The notes under the pieces were generated by a model. It was not told the DNA's origin, searched no databases, and saw nothing but the letters and a program-made list of their open reading frames with translations. The translations under genes were made by a program, and so were the position numbers. Shown here piece after piece: positions 27,190 to 40,929 of a DNA stretch of 64,000 nucleotides (within the stretch, counting starts at the first letter, position 1; each line of letters starts with the position of its first letter). Source of the DNA: Eledone cirrhosa (lineage: Eukaryota); the NCBI GenBank assembly GCA_964016885.1, contig OZ024759.1, forward strand, positions 6,944,001-7,008,000, in the 5' to 3' direction.

Positions 27190-29610
27190 TGTAGCAGTCA
27201 GAGTTACCTTGCGTCTTCGATTCCCTTTGAGTCGCCCACCGTCCACGTGTCTTACATCCGACTTAAAGGTATCAGAGCCTCTCTCGGTCTCGCTTCACAC
27301 AATACGTCCTCAATCGACCACTAACTGCTGGGAAAGAAACAGCCCCTGAACTCTCATGTGTCGTCACTCGTCCTCCCACTTCCGGTAATCTCCCCCACGG
27401 CAGCCCCACGCGCCCCCTGATCTCAAGGATCAATCCCCCCACCACATTGCTCCATGTCAAAATCCGCCATCCACCTGGGTGGTCGGCGGTCCCGTTGCTA
27501 TCTCCTCACTGTTGGGGTGCTGCTTTCGTTTTCTTTCCTCTTCCTCGGAGTCACAACAACGACTCTATGGATGTGCAAGACGTGTCGAGGAGTTCCGTCC
27601 ACAGACACGTGCTTTTGGGAATTTACAGCCGTTACAGTTTCCTTTCCCCATTGAGATGCGCACCACATGGGCTTGACCCAGACCTCTTTGCCCACTCGTA
27701 TGAATGTATTTTCTCTCTCTCCACCGGTTACTGTGTCACCCGTATCTGTATATAGCCCTGTGTGACACAGACTCAGCCTGTCCCACCTGAGGAGACATGT
27801 TGTACTAAAACACTGCCCTCATTGGTGAAATGTGTCCCCTTTCTGCCATGGCCTTGTTCGTGCAATGGTGTCTCTCCATGATCCCATTTCTGTTTGGCCT
27901 GTATGCCTCTCTGAAGAAGTGGTTCACCTTCCACTTGTCCATCAACAGTTCATCCACAGGGCCCCGCTCCAAGAATATCTCTCTCAGCATTCGCGCTGTC
28001 TCCATTTCCCTCCATATCGCCATTCGTCCCGGCCCACAATCGACCATCAAGAGATATGTCCCTTGTCGGTAGTGTGTCACGTCCACTGCCAATCGCTTCC
28101 AGTTGTGCTCCACCGGGATGTTGCCTGTCTCGTGCACACCCGGGACTGGGTCAATAGACTGGCATCTGTTGCAGCTTCCGACCACTCTCTGGACACTGTC
28201 TGCTAACGTCGGAGTAGATTCTTCTGGCTAGGAACAGGGTCCTATCCACTCCAATATGGTGCATGGCATGCAACCCCCACAACTCCGAGTCACTCAGCCG
28301 ACACACTGCAGCTATCCCCTTCTCTGTGGCCACTGGCGTTTCCAGCCAGGCTTTCTTCACCCTGGTTAATATGTTTGCCCTATTTTTCTCTGAGGGTACA
28401 AAACCCACACTCAACTTCAGGCCAAATTCAGTAGACAGCTCTCCCAGAGACCCCAGGCGGCGCTTTTCGACATTTCTTCTGCCCCTCTCGTTCGTATTCT
28501 CTTCTCACTGGTCTCACCCATCTGAGTACAGTGGCCGAGTCAGTGCAAATCCCTATGATGTGCAGCCCTCATCTCAGGGTGAGATTCACTCCTCTCAGCA
28601 CAGCGTCCAGTTCGGCCACATTGATGTGGTTGCAGTCCTCGTCCTTCCTTAGCCAGGCAGTATCCTCCTCCTCGACACCCCCTATCTCCAGAGTGACCCC
28701 TAGTGCTATGCTGCTGGCATCACACCCTACGGTCCCGCTCTCCGATTTGGGGACGTACCAGCGTCCTCTCACTGGGTCATCCGCCTTTACCCTCCCTACG
28801 ATCTCCTGCATCATGGCCACTGTCCTCTCTCTTACCCTTGCAAGGTCTCCCCACAGACATCCGCGACCTCACCGCCTGTGTGGCATGACATATGTTCGTT
28901 CAGTTCACGAAAGTCCAACACCCGTCTGTTCTTGTTCTTCATGGGCTGACCACTGCTATTAAGGGCAATACTCTACACTTTACCTCCTCCTTCCAAGGAA
29001 TCAGTGTACCCTCCTCCATCCATCTCTGTATGCTAATCAGCTCACTCTATTCGTCAGCGTTGGTGGATCTTCCTTCCAGTACAACCCAACTACCCACCGC
29101 TGCCCATCGAGCACCACCCTGAAATCCTTGTCCTGCATGGTAATTTCTTCGTGGATTCTCCCAGCACACTCCCGGCACATGTTGTCCTCTCGCTACCAAA
29201 CGTTACCCCAACTTCACTCACTGTAACACCTCCAAGGCAGCCAATCACATCCATGCCCATTACTACATTGATTCCGTCCACCACGTGGTCAGTCACGATC
29301 GCCCGAAGCCTTATTTTTCTTCCCCGTACCCCTATCAACACCTCGCTGCTACCTCTGCATCTAATCACCCTGCCGTCAACTGCCCTTATACTGCTCATCC
29401 CGCTCCACTTTTTAACCACCTCCGTGGTCACTAGTGCTGTTGTGCAACCCGTGTCCACGAGGGCTCACGATCCCCCCCCCCCCCGAACTTTTACTACAAG
29501 CAGAGACTGCAAGGACGCCTCTACTCGCTTCCAGGAATGGCTACCGGTGCAGTAGTCCTCCTTGGACCATTTCCCTGGTTGCAATTACCACTTGACCATG
29601 TGACTCCCAA
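27190..29610 (-). mobile_element. Gypsy-type LTR retrotransposon remnant
   Basis: Protease DTGCT; RNase H CDAS...HINVAELDAV; integrase HHIG...C..C, LAVDVTHY; probable 3' LTR about 27190-27410; RT mostly deleted. Confidence 0.85.
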
Positions 29611-29636
29611 TACACACGCGCATATATTATATATAT

Positions 29637-29820
29637 GATTGGCAGTATCGGTAGAGGGTCGGACGCCATGGTTTCCAGCATAGTTACGTCCCTTTACGAT
29701 CTGAGTTCAAATCCCGCCGAGATTGACTTTGCCTTTCATCCTTACGGGGTCGATAAAATAAAGTACCAGTAATGCACTGGGTAATTGCTGGCCTTGTGCC
29801 TAACGTAGAAACAATTATTA
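29637..29820 (+). mobile_element. SINE family 1
   Basis: Head ttggcagtatcggtagag, box B gagttcaaatcc, tail gtagaaacaattatt. Confidence 0.85.
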
Positions 29821-29828
29821 TGAACAAA

Positions 29829-30735
29829 GGGTGGATTGGCAGTATCGGTAGAGGGTCGGACGCCATGTTAGGGCGGTGGATTGGCAGTATCGGTAGAGGG
29901 TCGGACGCCATGTTAGGGCGGTGGATTGGCAGTATCGGTAGAGGGTCGGACGCCATGTTAGGGCGGTGGATTGGCAGTATCGGTAGAGGGTCGGACGCCA
30001 TGTTAGGGCGGTGGATTGGCAGTATCGGTAGAGGGTCGGACGCCATGTTAGGGCGGTGGATTGGCAGTATCGGTAGAGGGTTGGACGCCATGTTAGGGCG
30101 GTGGATTGGCAGTATCGGTAGAGGGTTGGACGCCATGTTAGGGCGGTGGATTGGCAGTATCGGTAGAGGGTCTGACGCCATGTTAGGGCGGTGGAGTGGC
30201 AGTATCGGTAGAGGGTCGGACGCCATGTTAGGGCGGAGGATTGGCAGTATTGGTAGAGGGTTGGACGCCATGTTAGGGCGGTGGATTGGCAGTATCGGTA
30301 GAGGGTCTGACGCCATGTTAGGGCGGTGGAGTGGCAGTATCGGTAGAGGGTCTGACGCCATGTTAGGGCGGTGGATTGGCAGTATCGGTAGAGGGTCGGA
30401 CGCCATGTTAGGGCGGTGGAGTGGCAGTATCGGTAGAGGGTCTGACGCCATGTTAGGGCGGTGGATTGGCAGTGTCGGTAGAGGGTCGGACGCCATGTTA
30501 GGGCGGTGGATTGGCAGTATCGGTAGAGGGTCTGACGCCATGTTAGGGCGGTGGATTGGCAGTATCGGTAGAGGGTCGGACGCCATGCTTTCTAGCATAG
30601 TTACGTCCCTTTTCAATCTGAGTTCAAATCCTGCCGAGGTTAACTTTGCCTTTCATCCTTACGGGGTCGATAAAATAAAGTACCAGTAATGCACTGGGTA
30701 ATGGCTGGCCTTGTGCCTAAAGTAAAACCAATTAT
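29829..30735 (+). repeat. About 17 x 45-bp tandem copies of the SINE 5' head, followed by one SINE body
   Basis: Unit gggcggtggattggcagtatcggtagagggtcggacgccatgtta, no spacers. Confidence 0.92.
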
Positions 30736-30904
30736 ATGTATATATGACGTCATGTCCAGGGGGGGGGAGGTATTGTACTCTCAGTCGCTTCACGTCATGA
30801 AACCGGGATATATATGTGTGTGTATATATATATGTGTATATATATATATGTGTATATATATATGTATATATATGTATATATGTATATTTGTATATATGTA
30901 TATA

Positions 30905-30935
<31 letters not shown>

Positions 30936-31022
30936 GTAAAGTTATATTTAAAATTGTTGGGTTACAACTAGTAAATATTTATAACTGATATAAAAGCACT
31001 CGACAAATATTTGGAGTATATT

Positions 31023-31314
31023 TACAATATTAAATAAATGGAAAACTATATTTATAAAACCATATTTATTTCATTATATATATTTCGGGGATATCATATT
31101 AACCATATGCTATGCCTTCACCGACTGCTAGCGTAAACCTCTTCAAATGAAGTCGGTGTTTATTACGGTATGTCGAATCTATTTATCTATAAAACTGTTT
31201 ATATTGTATTTTGTCTGATGAAGGCATAGCATATTGTTAATATGATATCCCCGAAATATATATAATGAAATAAATATGGTTTTATAAATATAGTTTTCCA
31301 TTTATTTAATATTG
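31023..31314. repeat. ~97-bp inverted repeat overlapping an HHR (family H, 31207-31272 +)
   Basis: 31023-31119 vs 31219-31314; TATTTTGT-CTGATGA-stem II-GAAA-TATATA-TA-ATGAAATA. Confidence 0.7.
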
Positions 31315-31366
31315 TATATATATATATGTATATTTGTATATATGTATATATATATGTATATATATG

Positions 31367-31397
<31 letters not shown>

Positions 31398-32379
31398 GTG
31401 TATATATATGTATATATATATTTGTATATATATGTATATATATATATGTGTGTATATATATGTATATATATGTGTGTATATATGTATATATATATGTATA
31501 TTTGTATATATATATATATATATGTATATATATGTATATATATATATGTATATATATATATGTGTGTGTATATAAATGTATATATATATGTGTGTATATA
31601 TATGTATATATATATGTGTGTATATATATGTATATATATATGTGTGTATATATATGTATATATATATGTGTGTATATATATGTATATATATATATGTGTG
31701 TATATATATGTGTATATATATGTGTGTATATATATGTATATATATATGTGTGTATATATATATATATGTATGTATAATCAAAATAAATGGTGGAGAAGGC
31801 AATATATTCCAAGACAAAACTCCTTATACGGTGTTTCGTCTCCTCGATATCAATATGGCTGTTCTATACGTGTGTACTAATGTATATATATTGCTATAAG
31901 GGATATTATCGTAGAATCTTCAGAGAAGAAACAAATTGTTTTTAATGATGTTGCTGGGAGGGAGTCCAATTTATATAACAGCGAACGAAATTTACCATTA
32001 GTGGAATAAATATTACTTTACAGGAATACTCAGAGATAAAAACCTCAGAGTGCATGCCTTAGATTGACCGCTTTGAATTAGATCTAATTGGTAAATCTAA
32101 AATGGCGGTTACAAAGGGGCATAATTATCTAAGGGAAGTAACTATGGTGCATTTATTAGAAAAAAGGGAGAGAAAATATTAATTATAACAGGCCAAGTTA
32201 AGTGACAATGATTGAGTAGATGTTAGGTGGTGTGTTGTGGGCCAAAGTTGACAGTCCCAATTAAGTAACTAATTATGAGCAGCAGTGATTTAGATATTTT
32301 GGCTAATCTATAGGAAATAGCTAATAGGGGTATATTTTAGGGTTGATGGGGGAGAAAATGGGTTAAACATTAAGATGGC

Positions 32380-33100
32380 TATATTGGGTCAAAGACTCTG
32401 TTAGAGAAAGAGTGGGGAAGCCTATGTTGGTAATTTATTACAGTTTCAGTTCTATTGTTAATAAGTGTATGAGGGGAGTATATAATATAATTGTTTCTAC
32501 GTTAGGCATAAGGCCAGCAATTACCCAGTAAATTACTGGTACTTTATTTTATCGACCCCGTAAGGATGAAAGGCCAAGTCAACCTCGGCGGGATTTGAAC
32601 TCAGATCGTAAAGGGACGTAACTATGCTGGAAAGCATGGCGTCCGACCCTCTACCGATACTGCCAATAATATAATATGCTTCCATCAGATATAAATGACA
32701 CTTCTTAAAGTTATGAGAGGTTGCTCTGTCTATTGTACTCCATTGGGTTGTGTACCTAGTGTTAGATTCTATTAGTTGAGTGATAATGTTTGCGAGAGAG
32801 GTTGAGAACTTGAGTTTTCTATTCCTAAACGAGTGGAGGTGAGTTCTAAATCTTGTTTTGAATTCATTAGAAGTAGCCCCTATGTAAAATCTAGCACTAT
32901 TATCAGTAGTGACTGTGTACTTATATATCACATTACTAATTAGGCAATGACCCTGAAGTGGACAGTAACTAGGGTCCTACAATTACAGTTCCTGTTTTAC
33001 TAGTTCTAACAGAACAGGAATAACTATTACTATTATTATTATTGCTAATATTATTATTACTAATATTATTTTTACTACTACTATCAATATTTCCGTGGTC
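32380..33100 (-). mobile_element. PLE GIY-YIG fragment interrupted by SINE family 1 (32488-32667, -)
   Basis: CPLQGHC; IYKY...FYIGATSNEFKTRFRTH. Confidence 0.8.
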
Positions 33101-33224
33101 ATTGCTCTTAATATTGACACTATTGTAACAATAACTACTTTTGTTATTATTCCTCATGGTAGAGGACACATCATCGATATAAGTAATGACATTCTTCCAC
33201 TATTGCCATTATTATTTGTTTTAT

Positions 33225-33383
33225 TTATCTTGCTTTATGTTCATACGAGTTATCACCAAGTCACAACCAGTGACCTCAAGAGACAACAAGGTCCGCCATG
33301 TGCAAGAAAGAACACACATACAAACTCACATACATCTTTAGGTGTTTAGACTTGTGATGTACTTATATTGACAGAATCTTTCC
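33225..33383 (-). mobile_element. R4/Dong 3' end only (another copy at 34380-34540)
   Basis: Near-identical to 35998-36155. Confidence 0.8.
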
Positions 33384-33384
33384 G

Positions 33385-34245
33385 TCCGTCATCTGCTACC
33401 GCCTGACCGTCGTACCTTGCCCCCGTCCAGCTCTGACCAAAATGGAGCGCCTTCTCTTCCGTTTTTTGTGGAAGGGACGTGCTCCCATGGTCAAACGATC
33501 CATCTGCTGTCAGCACTCGTTGCGTGGAGGACTGGGCATGCCGTGGATGATGATGCGCAAACATGCGCTGTGGCTGCGACATCTCTGGTGCTTCCTTGAC
33601 GGTGAACAGGTGTGGTCACCGTTTAACAGACACGCTTTTCCCCAGCTCGTCAGTGCCTGAGTATTGCTGACTTGTGGAGCTATGTCGAACAGTTGCTGTA
33701 GGACGGATCCGGTTATCGACTGAGTCCATTGTGCAGATAGCCCCGCCATCCTCCTTTAAAGAGGAGGAAGAGCAAGCAGTCTTCATCTGGCTGGTGGCCA
33801 TGACGAAAGAGATTGTGTGGTGGGCAAGGTTGAAAGGGTTGAAAACGGACACTTTCCTCTCCGGCCAATCGCTGATTAAATTTTTAAAATTTCACTTGAA
33901 GAGGAAAATCAGGGTGGAGAGGCAAGTGCTGTCTTCTAGTAAGTTTGTAGAAAAGTGGGTGAAAGTGGCGAGTCTGAGTATGCGCCTGTAGACTGAGGAG
34001 TGGGAAAACTGAGAGAGGGCGCTTGCCCTGGTGGTCAGGGTGGCCGTGCGCTTTTGTGTGGTTTTCGCAACTAGTGACCCTCGGAGGCTTCCCCCTTATT
34101 GGGGAATTTTTTGTTGTTTGAATTTTAATTTATTTTACACGTTTCTGTCTTTTATAACCATTTTACACGGGCAAAACACACTCTGTGCCGTCTCTAATGT
34201 TTTTCTTCGTGTTAGCCCTTGTGGCCAATAAAGAAACCATTATTA
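33385..34245 (+). mobile_element. Tx1/L1-type LINE 3' fragment, internally deleted
   Basis: Homologous to 44340-45490; FLWKG...RGGLGMP; tail aataaagaaaccattatt. Confidence 0.8.
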
Positions 34246-34559
34246 TTAGTTCAAATCCCGCCGAGGTTAACTTTGTCTTTCATCCTTACGGGGTCGATAA
34301 AATAAAGTACCAGTAATGCACTGGGTAATTTGCTGGCCTTGTGCCAAAAGTAGAAACAATTATTATTATTATTACTGTTGCATTTATCTTGCTTTATGTT
34401 CATACGAGTTATCACCAAGTCACAACCAGTGACCTCAAGAGACAACAAGGTCCGCCATGTTCAAGAAAGAACATACATACTCACACATGCATCTTTAGGT
34501 GTTTAGACTTGTGATGTACTTATATTGACAGAAACTTCCTTATATTATTATTATTATTA

Positions 34560-35469
34560 TTGTTCTTTGAGTCTCAGTCATTGATGTTAATTAACTGGAA
34601 AGTTTGTTGAAATGACTACCTGCAGCCTCAGATATTCAGGACGTATCGGAGGGTTCTTGCTGTTCCCAGCAAGCATGCCTTTTGAAGTGTTCCAAAAAGC
34701 GGGGCGGGGCCAATTTTCTTTAACCATCCCTGGAAACTTTTTGAGATAGTACCACTTTGACTTCATGGCAGTTCCAAATCCTTTTTACCGCCCACTTTAA
34801 GTCCTGGTATCGGTTAATTTTCTCCCTCTCCTTCTCTTGCACTCTCGTGTCGAATGGGCAGGCTACATCCACAATCAGGCACGATCTTTTTTCCTTGTCC
34901 AAAACCACCAGGTCAGGTCTATTGTGTTCCAGTTTCTTGTCCGTCTGTATCCTAAAATCCCACAGCACCTTCACCTGATCGTTTTCTATCACCGACTCTG
35001 GCTTATGCTCAGAATGTGGTAAATTGTTTACTTTGCATAGGTGCCAGTGGATCACCCTGCCCATCACACCATGTCTCCAGCCTTTATAGTGAGTCTAGGC
35101 TAGGTGTTTACACTCGGATACAATGTGAGCCACAGTCTCCTCTCTCTCTCCACAGATCCTGCACAGTGGGCTAGCCTCCTCCTTGTAAATATGGTGTTTC
35201 AACCACTTCGTTTTGAGGGCCTGCTCGGGCGCAGCCATTAGCATTCCTTCTGTAGCCTTTTTAAGGTCTCCTCTTTTCAACCAGTTCCATGTCTGTGGAT
35301 CTCTGAATTCAGTTTTCTCAAAGAAGGTACTATGAAGGGATTTTTCGTGAAGGCTGCTCTTTCTCCTTGTTGTTATTTCCTCCTTGGACACCCCTGGTCT
35401 ATTGTCCTCTCCATCAGTACAATTCTGAGCATTGGCTCCTTACTATCAGTCACGTATTTGCGTAGGTTG

Positions 35470-35525
<56 letters not shown>

Positions 35526-35974
35526 GTTCTTTGAGTCTCAGTCATTGATGGAAAGTTTGTTGAAAAGAATATCAAGAATATCAAGCCACTACCTGCAGCC
35601 TCAGATATTCAGGACGTATCGGAGGGTTGTTGCTGTTCCCAGCAAGGATGCCTTTTGAAGTGTTCCAAAAAGCGGGGCTGGACTAATCTTCTTTAATCAT
35701 CCTTGGAAACTCCTTGAGATAGTACCTAGTGCGCCTATGACAATCGGGGCGACCTTGATTTCATGGCAGTTCCAAATCCTTTTTAACTCCCACTTTAAAT
35801 CCTGGTATCGGTTAATTTTCTCCCTCTCCTTTTCGTGCACTCTCGTGTCAAAGGGGCAGGCCACATCTACATCAGGCACAATCCTTTTTCCTTGTCCAAA
35901 ACCACCAGGTCAGGCCTATTGTGTTCTAATTTCTTGTCCGTCTGTGTCCTAAAATCCCACAGCACCTTCACCTG
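34560..35974 (-). mobile_element. R4/Dong family 2, two truncated copies (34560-35470 and 35525-35974)
   Basis: CRICGEREETVAHIVSEC; LWDFRIQTD...RPDLVV...DVACP; bounded by (TAA)n. Confidence 0.85.
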
Positions 35975-38900
35975 ATTATTATTATTATTATTACAGTTGC
36001 ATTTATCTTGCTTTATGTTCATACGAGTTATCACCAAGTCACAACCAGTGACCTCAAGAGACAACAAGGTCCGCCATGTTCAAGAAAAAACATACATACA
36101 CACACATGCATCTTTAGTGTTTAGACTTGTGATGTACTTATATTGACAGAATCTTCCTTAGTATATGGGCAGTTCCCATTAATACTATCTTTTGTATTTC
36201 TCCTATACGCGGGTTTCCTGGGATTTGCGATAAGTAATCATTAGACCCCTTATGTATCATTCCCAGAGCGCCTACAACCACTGGTATTGTTTTAGTTCTC
36301 AATTTCCACATTTTTCCAATTTCTATCTCCAGGTCCTTATACTTGCTCAATTTTTCAAATGTTTTTAGTGATACATTCTTGTCTATTGGAACGGACATAT
36401 CAATTAGCAGGCATACCCTCTTTTGAAAGTCTTTCAATATTATATCAGGTCTATTTGCATCTATTTTTCGGTCTGTTTGGATGCTAAAGTTCCACAAGAT
36501 TGAGATGTGATCTTTTTCAATTACGGGAGGTGATTGATGCTCCCACCAATTCTTTTGATGTGGCAGGACAAAATGCTTACACATTATCCAATGTATATAT
36601 TGTGCAGCTCTGTCATGCCTGTTTAGGTATTTGGTTGGAGCTATAGGATTGCACATTGAAATTATATGATCAATGATCTCTGGTTGTTTTTTACATAATG
36701 GGTTGCATCCATTTTTTATTATGTTGGCTTGGTAATTTTTTGTTGGCAGACACTGATCTTGTGCTGATATAATCAGTCCTTCAGTCTCCGATTTCAGTCC
36801 AGAGGATGCCAACCACTGATGGATTAAGTTTTATCAACATCAGGGTTGTTAGCTCTTTCTCGGTATTTTCCATACAGATGCTTTTCTTGCCATTTCTTAG
36901 CCAGTTTCTGTAGCATTTCTTTCTTTGCAGTTACTTTTACCTGCTTTGCTTTTTCTGTTTTTCATTTCAGCAGTAAATGGAACTTCTGAAATTTGTAGTC
37001 CATTACTGTATCTTTGTGCATCTTTTGATGCTTTCGTGTTGCAGCAATGTCTAACTGGATTAACCCACGTCCTCCTTCTTTCCTAGGGAGATATATTCTA
37101 TCTATATCTGCCTTAGGGTGATGCATTCTGTGCATGGTTAAGAATTTTCTAATTTTTGTATCGAGCCTACGGATCTCTGTACTTGACCAGTTGATGACAT
37201 TGTTACTGCTAGTATGGCAAGCGTGTTTATGGCATCGATCCTATTCCTTGCATTCAATTCCGTTCTTAAGATTGCTCCTACTCTGCGGTAACATTCCTTC
37301 CTTATCCTTTCCCTCATTGTCGATTCCGTCTCCTTCACAAACACCTAGATATTTGTAAGTTTCCTCTTGATCAAGTTCTCTTATCACATTCCCCCGATCA
37401 AGATTAATGTCTGAACTTTTCAGCAGCTTTCCTCTGAAAATAGTTTCAGGTCATCCATGTAGAACAAGTGATTAATGGTTTTGTCGTAGACTTTATATCC
37501 ATGTTTTGTTTCATTGAGCATTTTACTTAATGGTATAAGTGCGATGCAGAATAAAAGCGGTGATAAAGAGTCACCCTGAAAAATTCCACAATTAATATTA
37601 ACTTCTCCAGCTTCCAGTGATTTTTTTTCACTATTCAAAAGGAGTGTCGTTTTCCATGTCTTCATACTGAATGACGGGAGCCTCCTGACAACGGGGAATA
37701 TTTTGAAAATCTCTAAACATTTTTCAATCCAACTGTGTGGCAAACTATCGAATGCTTTTTTGTAATCTATCCAAGCAATTGATAGATTTTTGTGTCTATT
37801 ATGACAGTCTTCCAGTATCATTTTGTTAACCAAAAGCTGATCTTTACAGCCATATGAGCCTCGTTTACACCCTTTCTGCTCATTGGGAAATAGATCATTT
37901 GTTATCAGGTGATCATATGTATATTCAGTTAGGACTGATGTTAAAATTTTATACATTGTGGTCAAGCAAGTTATCGGTCTGTAATTTTGGGGATTGTTTG
38001 TCTCATCATTCTTCGAAAGTAGGAATGTAATGCCGTTAACTAGCCATGATGGTATCTTTTCTGGATCCTTAACCATTTCATTGTAAAGTTGGGCTAACAG
38101 CTCATGAGACTCTGTGAAGGCATTTATCCAAAAATTTGGTATTTTGTCTTTTCCTGGGGATTTCCATTTGCTGGTTTTTCTAAGAGCCAAACGCAACTGT
38201 TCATCTGTTATATCCTCCCATGTTTGTTCTTCAAGGTGAGCTGTATCTTTCATTTGTCTGTCTATCCATGGAGAATGTATATTATGAACTTTTTCTTCGG
38301 CCCAGATCTTTTCCCAGATTTCTTGCACTTCCTCCTTGGGTGGTATTGATTTAGCAGTTATTGTTGACTTGCCAATTTTTCTGTAGAAGTTTCTTTGGTT
38401 GTTTTTGAACATATTATTGTCCTTATAGAAACTAGATCGTTTTTCAAAGCGCCTTATACGAGCAGCTTTGGACGGCACTTTTTGCTTGATTATTTCTATC
38501 AGCATGTCTATGTCACTTGTTGGTTTTATACTGTATTTTCTTTTCAATTTTCTAAGTTTAGTTTGTTTAACATGTTCACCTACTTTGTAGTTTGTTAACA
38601 TTTCTATGTCAGATCGGAGAAGGTTTATTTGGCGATTGATGTTCTCTTGCCAAGTAGGTTTCTTGTGGGGATTCCTTTGTTTTTTTTCATTTTCACTCCA
38701 CATAAGCCGATGCATAATATAGATGATTTAGATCAGTAATGTTTAGTTTGTTTGTGATGATAATGTTTTTGAGAATTATGTTGGTCTTGTGTATTATCTT
38801 TTGGTTCTGTTTGGAGTTCTGGATCTTAGGGAGGGTGTCTCGTTCCCCCATGTCAGATTCTTTCATTTTCATCCATTCGATCATAATTTCATCCTTCAAG

Positions 38901-39115
38901 TTGGCAAGTTCATTCTCATTCATTTCTTTACCATTTACAATCTCATTGTTTTCATTTTGAGTTTCATCTTGAGCATGCACTCCCTCCACTTTTTCGATCC
39001 TTTCTTTTATTTGTTCTGCTGTCAGTGATTCCGCCCCAACCCAGGGATTCGAAGTGTTACAATTTACCTCGGTTTCACTGACACATGTTTCATTTTCCCT
39101 TCACTGACTTTGTGC
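35975..39115 (-). mobile_element. R4/Dong-clade LINE (RT + restriction-like endonuclease), frameshifted
   Basis: YRPITCL, IDYKKAFDS, GIFQGDSLSP, FYMDDLKL; RPDII...LIDMSVP..K..KY; (TAA)n on both sides. Confidence 0.93.
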
Positions 39116-39179
<64 letters not shown>

Positions 39180-39401
39180 GAAGATGAAGCCACGCTTCTT
39201 ATCGGCTCCAGTTTTTTTTCAACTGTATACATCTATTTCAACCGTTTCTAACCTTTTATTCAAGTTTTAAACTTGATAAGATTTTAGAGGAAGTGACCCA
39301 CTTAATACAGGGAGTTCACTCGTAAATAATACGGCACCCTGTTATGCGGGTGTCGTATTCTGGAAAATTTCCGTGGAAATTTTTTTTTAAAACATGGATA
39401 C

Positions 39402-39449
<48 letters not shown>

Positions 39450-39785
39450 GTCAGACAACATAAAGAGATGAGGAATTTGTCAACAAGACAGCGTTCTAGT
39501 AAAGGTAAATTCAAAAGAAGAAAATATTACGAAAGAAAAGAAAAACAATATCATTTTTAATGTCACTAGCAGAAAAACCACCCTTTGGGTGGTTTTCTGC
39601 TAGCATGTGCAGTGCGCATATTGATATTATACGCAAGTATATATACATGTAGATATGATACATCAAATAAAACCGTAATTGACAATATTCACAGAAATTG
39701 AACGAAGACTGTGTTACACTGTCTTATGTAATCAGTAACGTAATCCATGATATATAAAAAAAAAACGATATTATATATATATAAA

Positions 39786-40424
39786 TCTTTATATATATAA
39801 AAGCGAGGATGTCTGTATGTCTGTGTACAACTTGCCATGCATAAGGCTTTCACAATTACCAACTGAATTTGACCAAATTTTCTGTGCACGTTGCGCAGGT
39901 CGCTAAGATTGTCGATCACAAACAGTTTTCAAATCGACCCACGTTGAGCAATAAAAAATCGATATCAAAATTATCGGTAGAAAAATTGATGTAAGGGAGA
40001 TAAACTTTATTTACAATCCTTATAAAAAAGGGAGATAACCTTTTCACCAACCATACACAGCAAAGGATGCTCTCAAAGAATAGATTTTCTCTTATTCTAC
40101 TCTCATTGTTTTTTGTTTTTTTTGTATACAACTTTGCTTTCATTACAAATTTTTGTACTTTAGCAAAACTGCCTGTTTTTTTTTACAGATTTGCAACGTG
40201 TATTGTCTTTAATCATTTGTATAACTACATCCTGTTCAGTGTTTTCCTTCATTATTAGCATAGTTTTGTGTACAAAGATTGCACTAAATATTCGTTTGCA
40301 TTAATTATTGAAGACTTCTGCTTATTTTGACAGGTTGGGGACAAATAATGTTCTTCTTTTACTTCCTAGCTGTATATTCTTAGCATAATTTCAAACCCCG
40401 AGCAACGCCGGGCAAATCTGCTAG
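39786..40424 (+). mobile_element. Non-autonomous Helitron
   Basis: A|TC 5' end; 3' hairpin CCCGAGCAACGCCGGG followed by CTAG|T. Confidence 0.75.
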
Positions 40425-40929
40425 TTATATATAAACTGCATTAGGAGAAAATTAGTGACGGAAATATATGAATGTTTATTTAAGCGATCGCTAACCGGAG
40501 ATGTTGACATTTGAAAATTTAAAAAAAGTGAATCTTAAAATAAGTAATAAAATATATTTAATGAGCAGCCACGAAATTTAGTAGATAAATTATGTAATAT
40601 TCATTCATTATTTATTCAAAGTAATCCAACTTATTTTACTAAGGGGATAACAAATTATAAACCGTGCACAGTCCCGCACTCATTACTTTATTATAGTTTA
40701 GATTGTTTCAGAGACAAAAACAACAACAACAACAACACCAACAATAACAACAGCAACAACGAAAATAACAGCAATAAGGTCGAGAAAGACGATAACAATA
40801 ACAACTGCTACAACAGTATCAACGAAAACAACAATAACAACAATAGCAGCAGCAACAGCATCAATGAAAAGAACAATAATAACAATAACAACAACATCAA
40901 TAACAGTACCAACGATCCCCAGCAGCAAC

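Noticed and set aside
29829-30590. CRISPR-like array or 305/310-aa repeat protein
   Set aside because: No unique spacers, no cas genes, eukaryotic context; the unit is the SINE head
31815-31930. Minus-strand CTGAAGA...GAAA-CACCG-TA downstream of a PLE
   Set aside because: Stems I and III pair poorly
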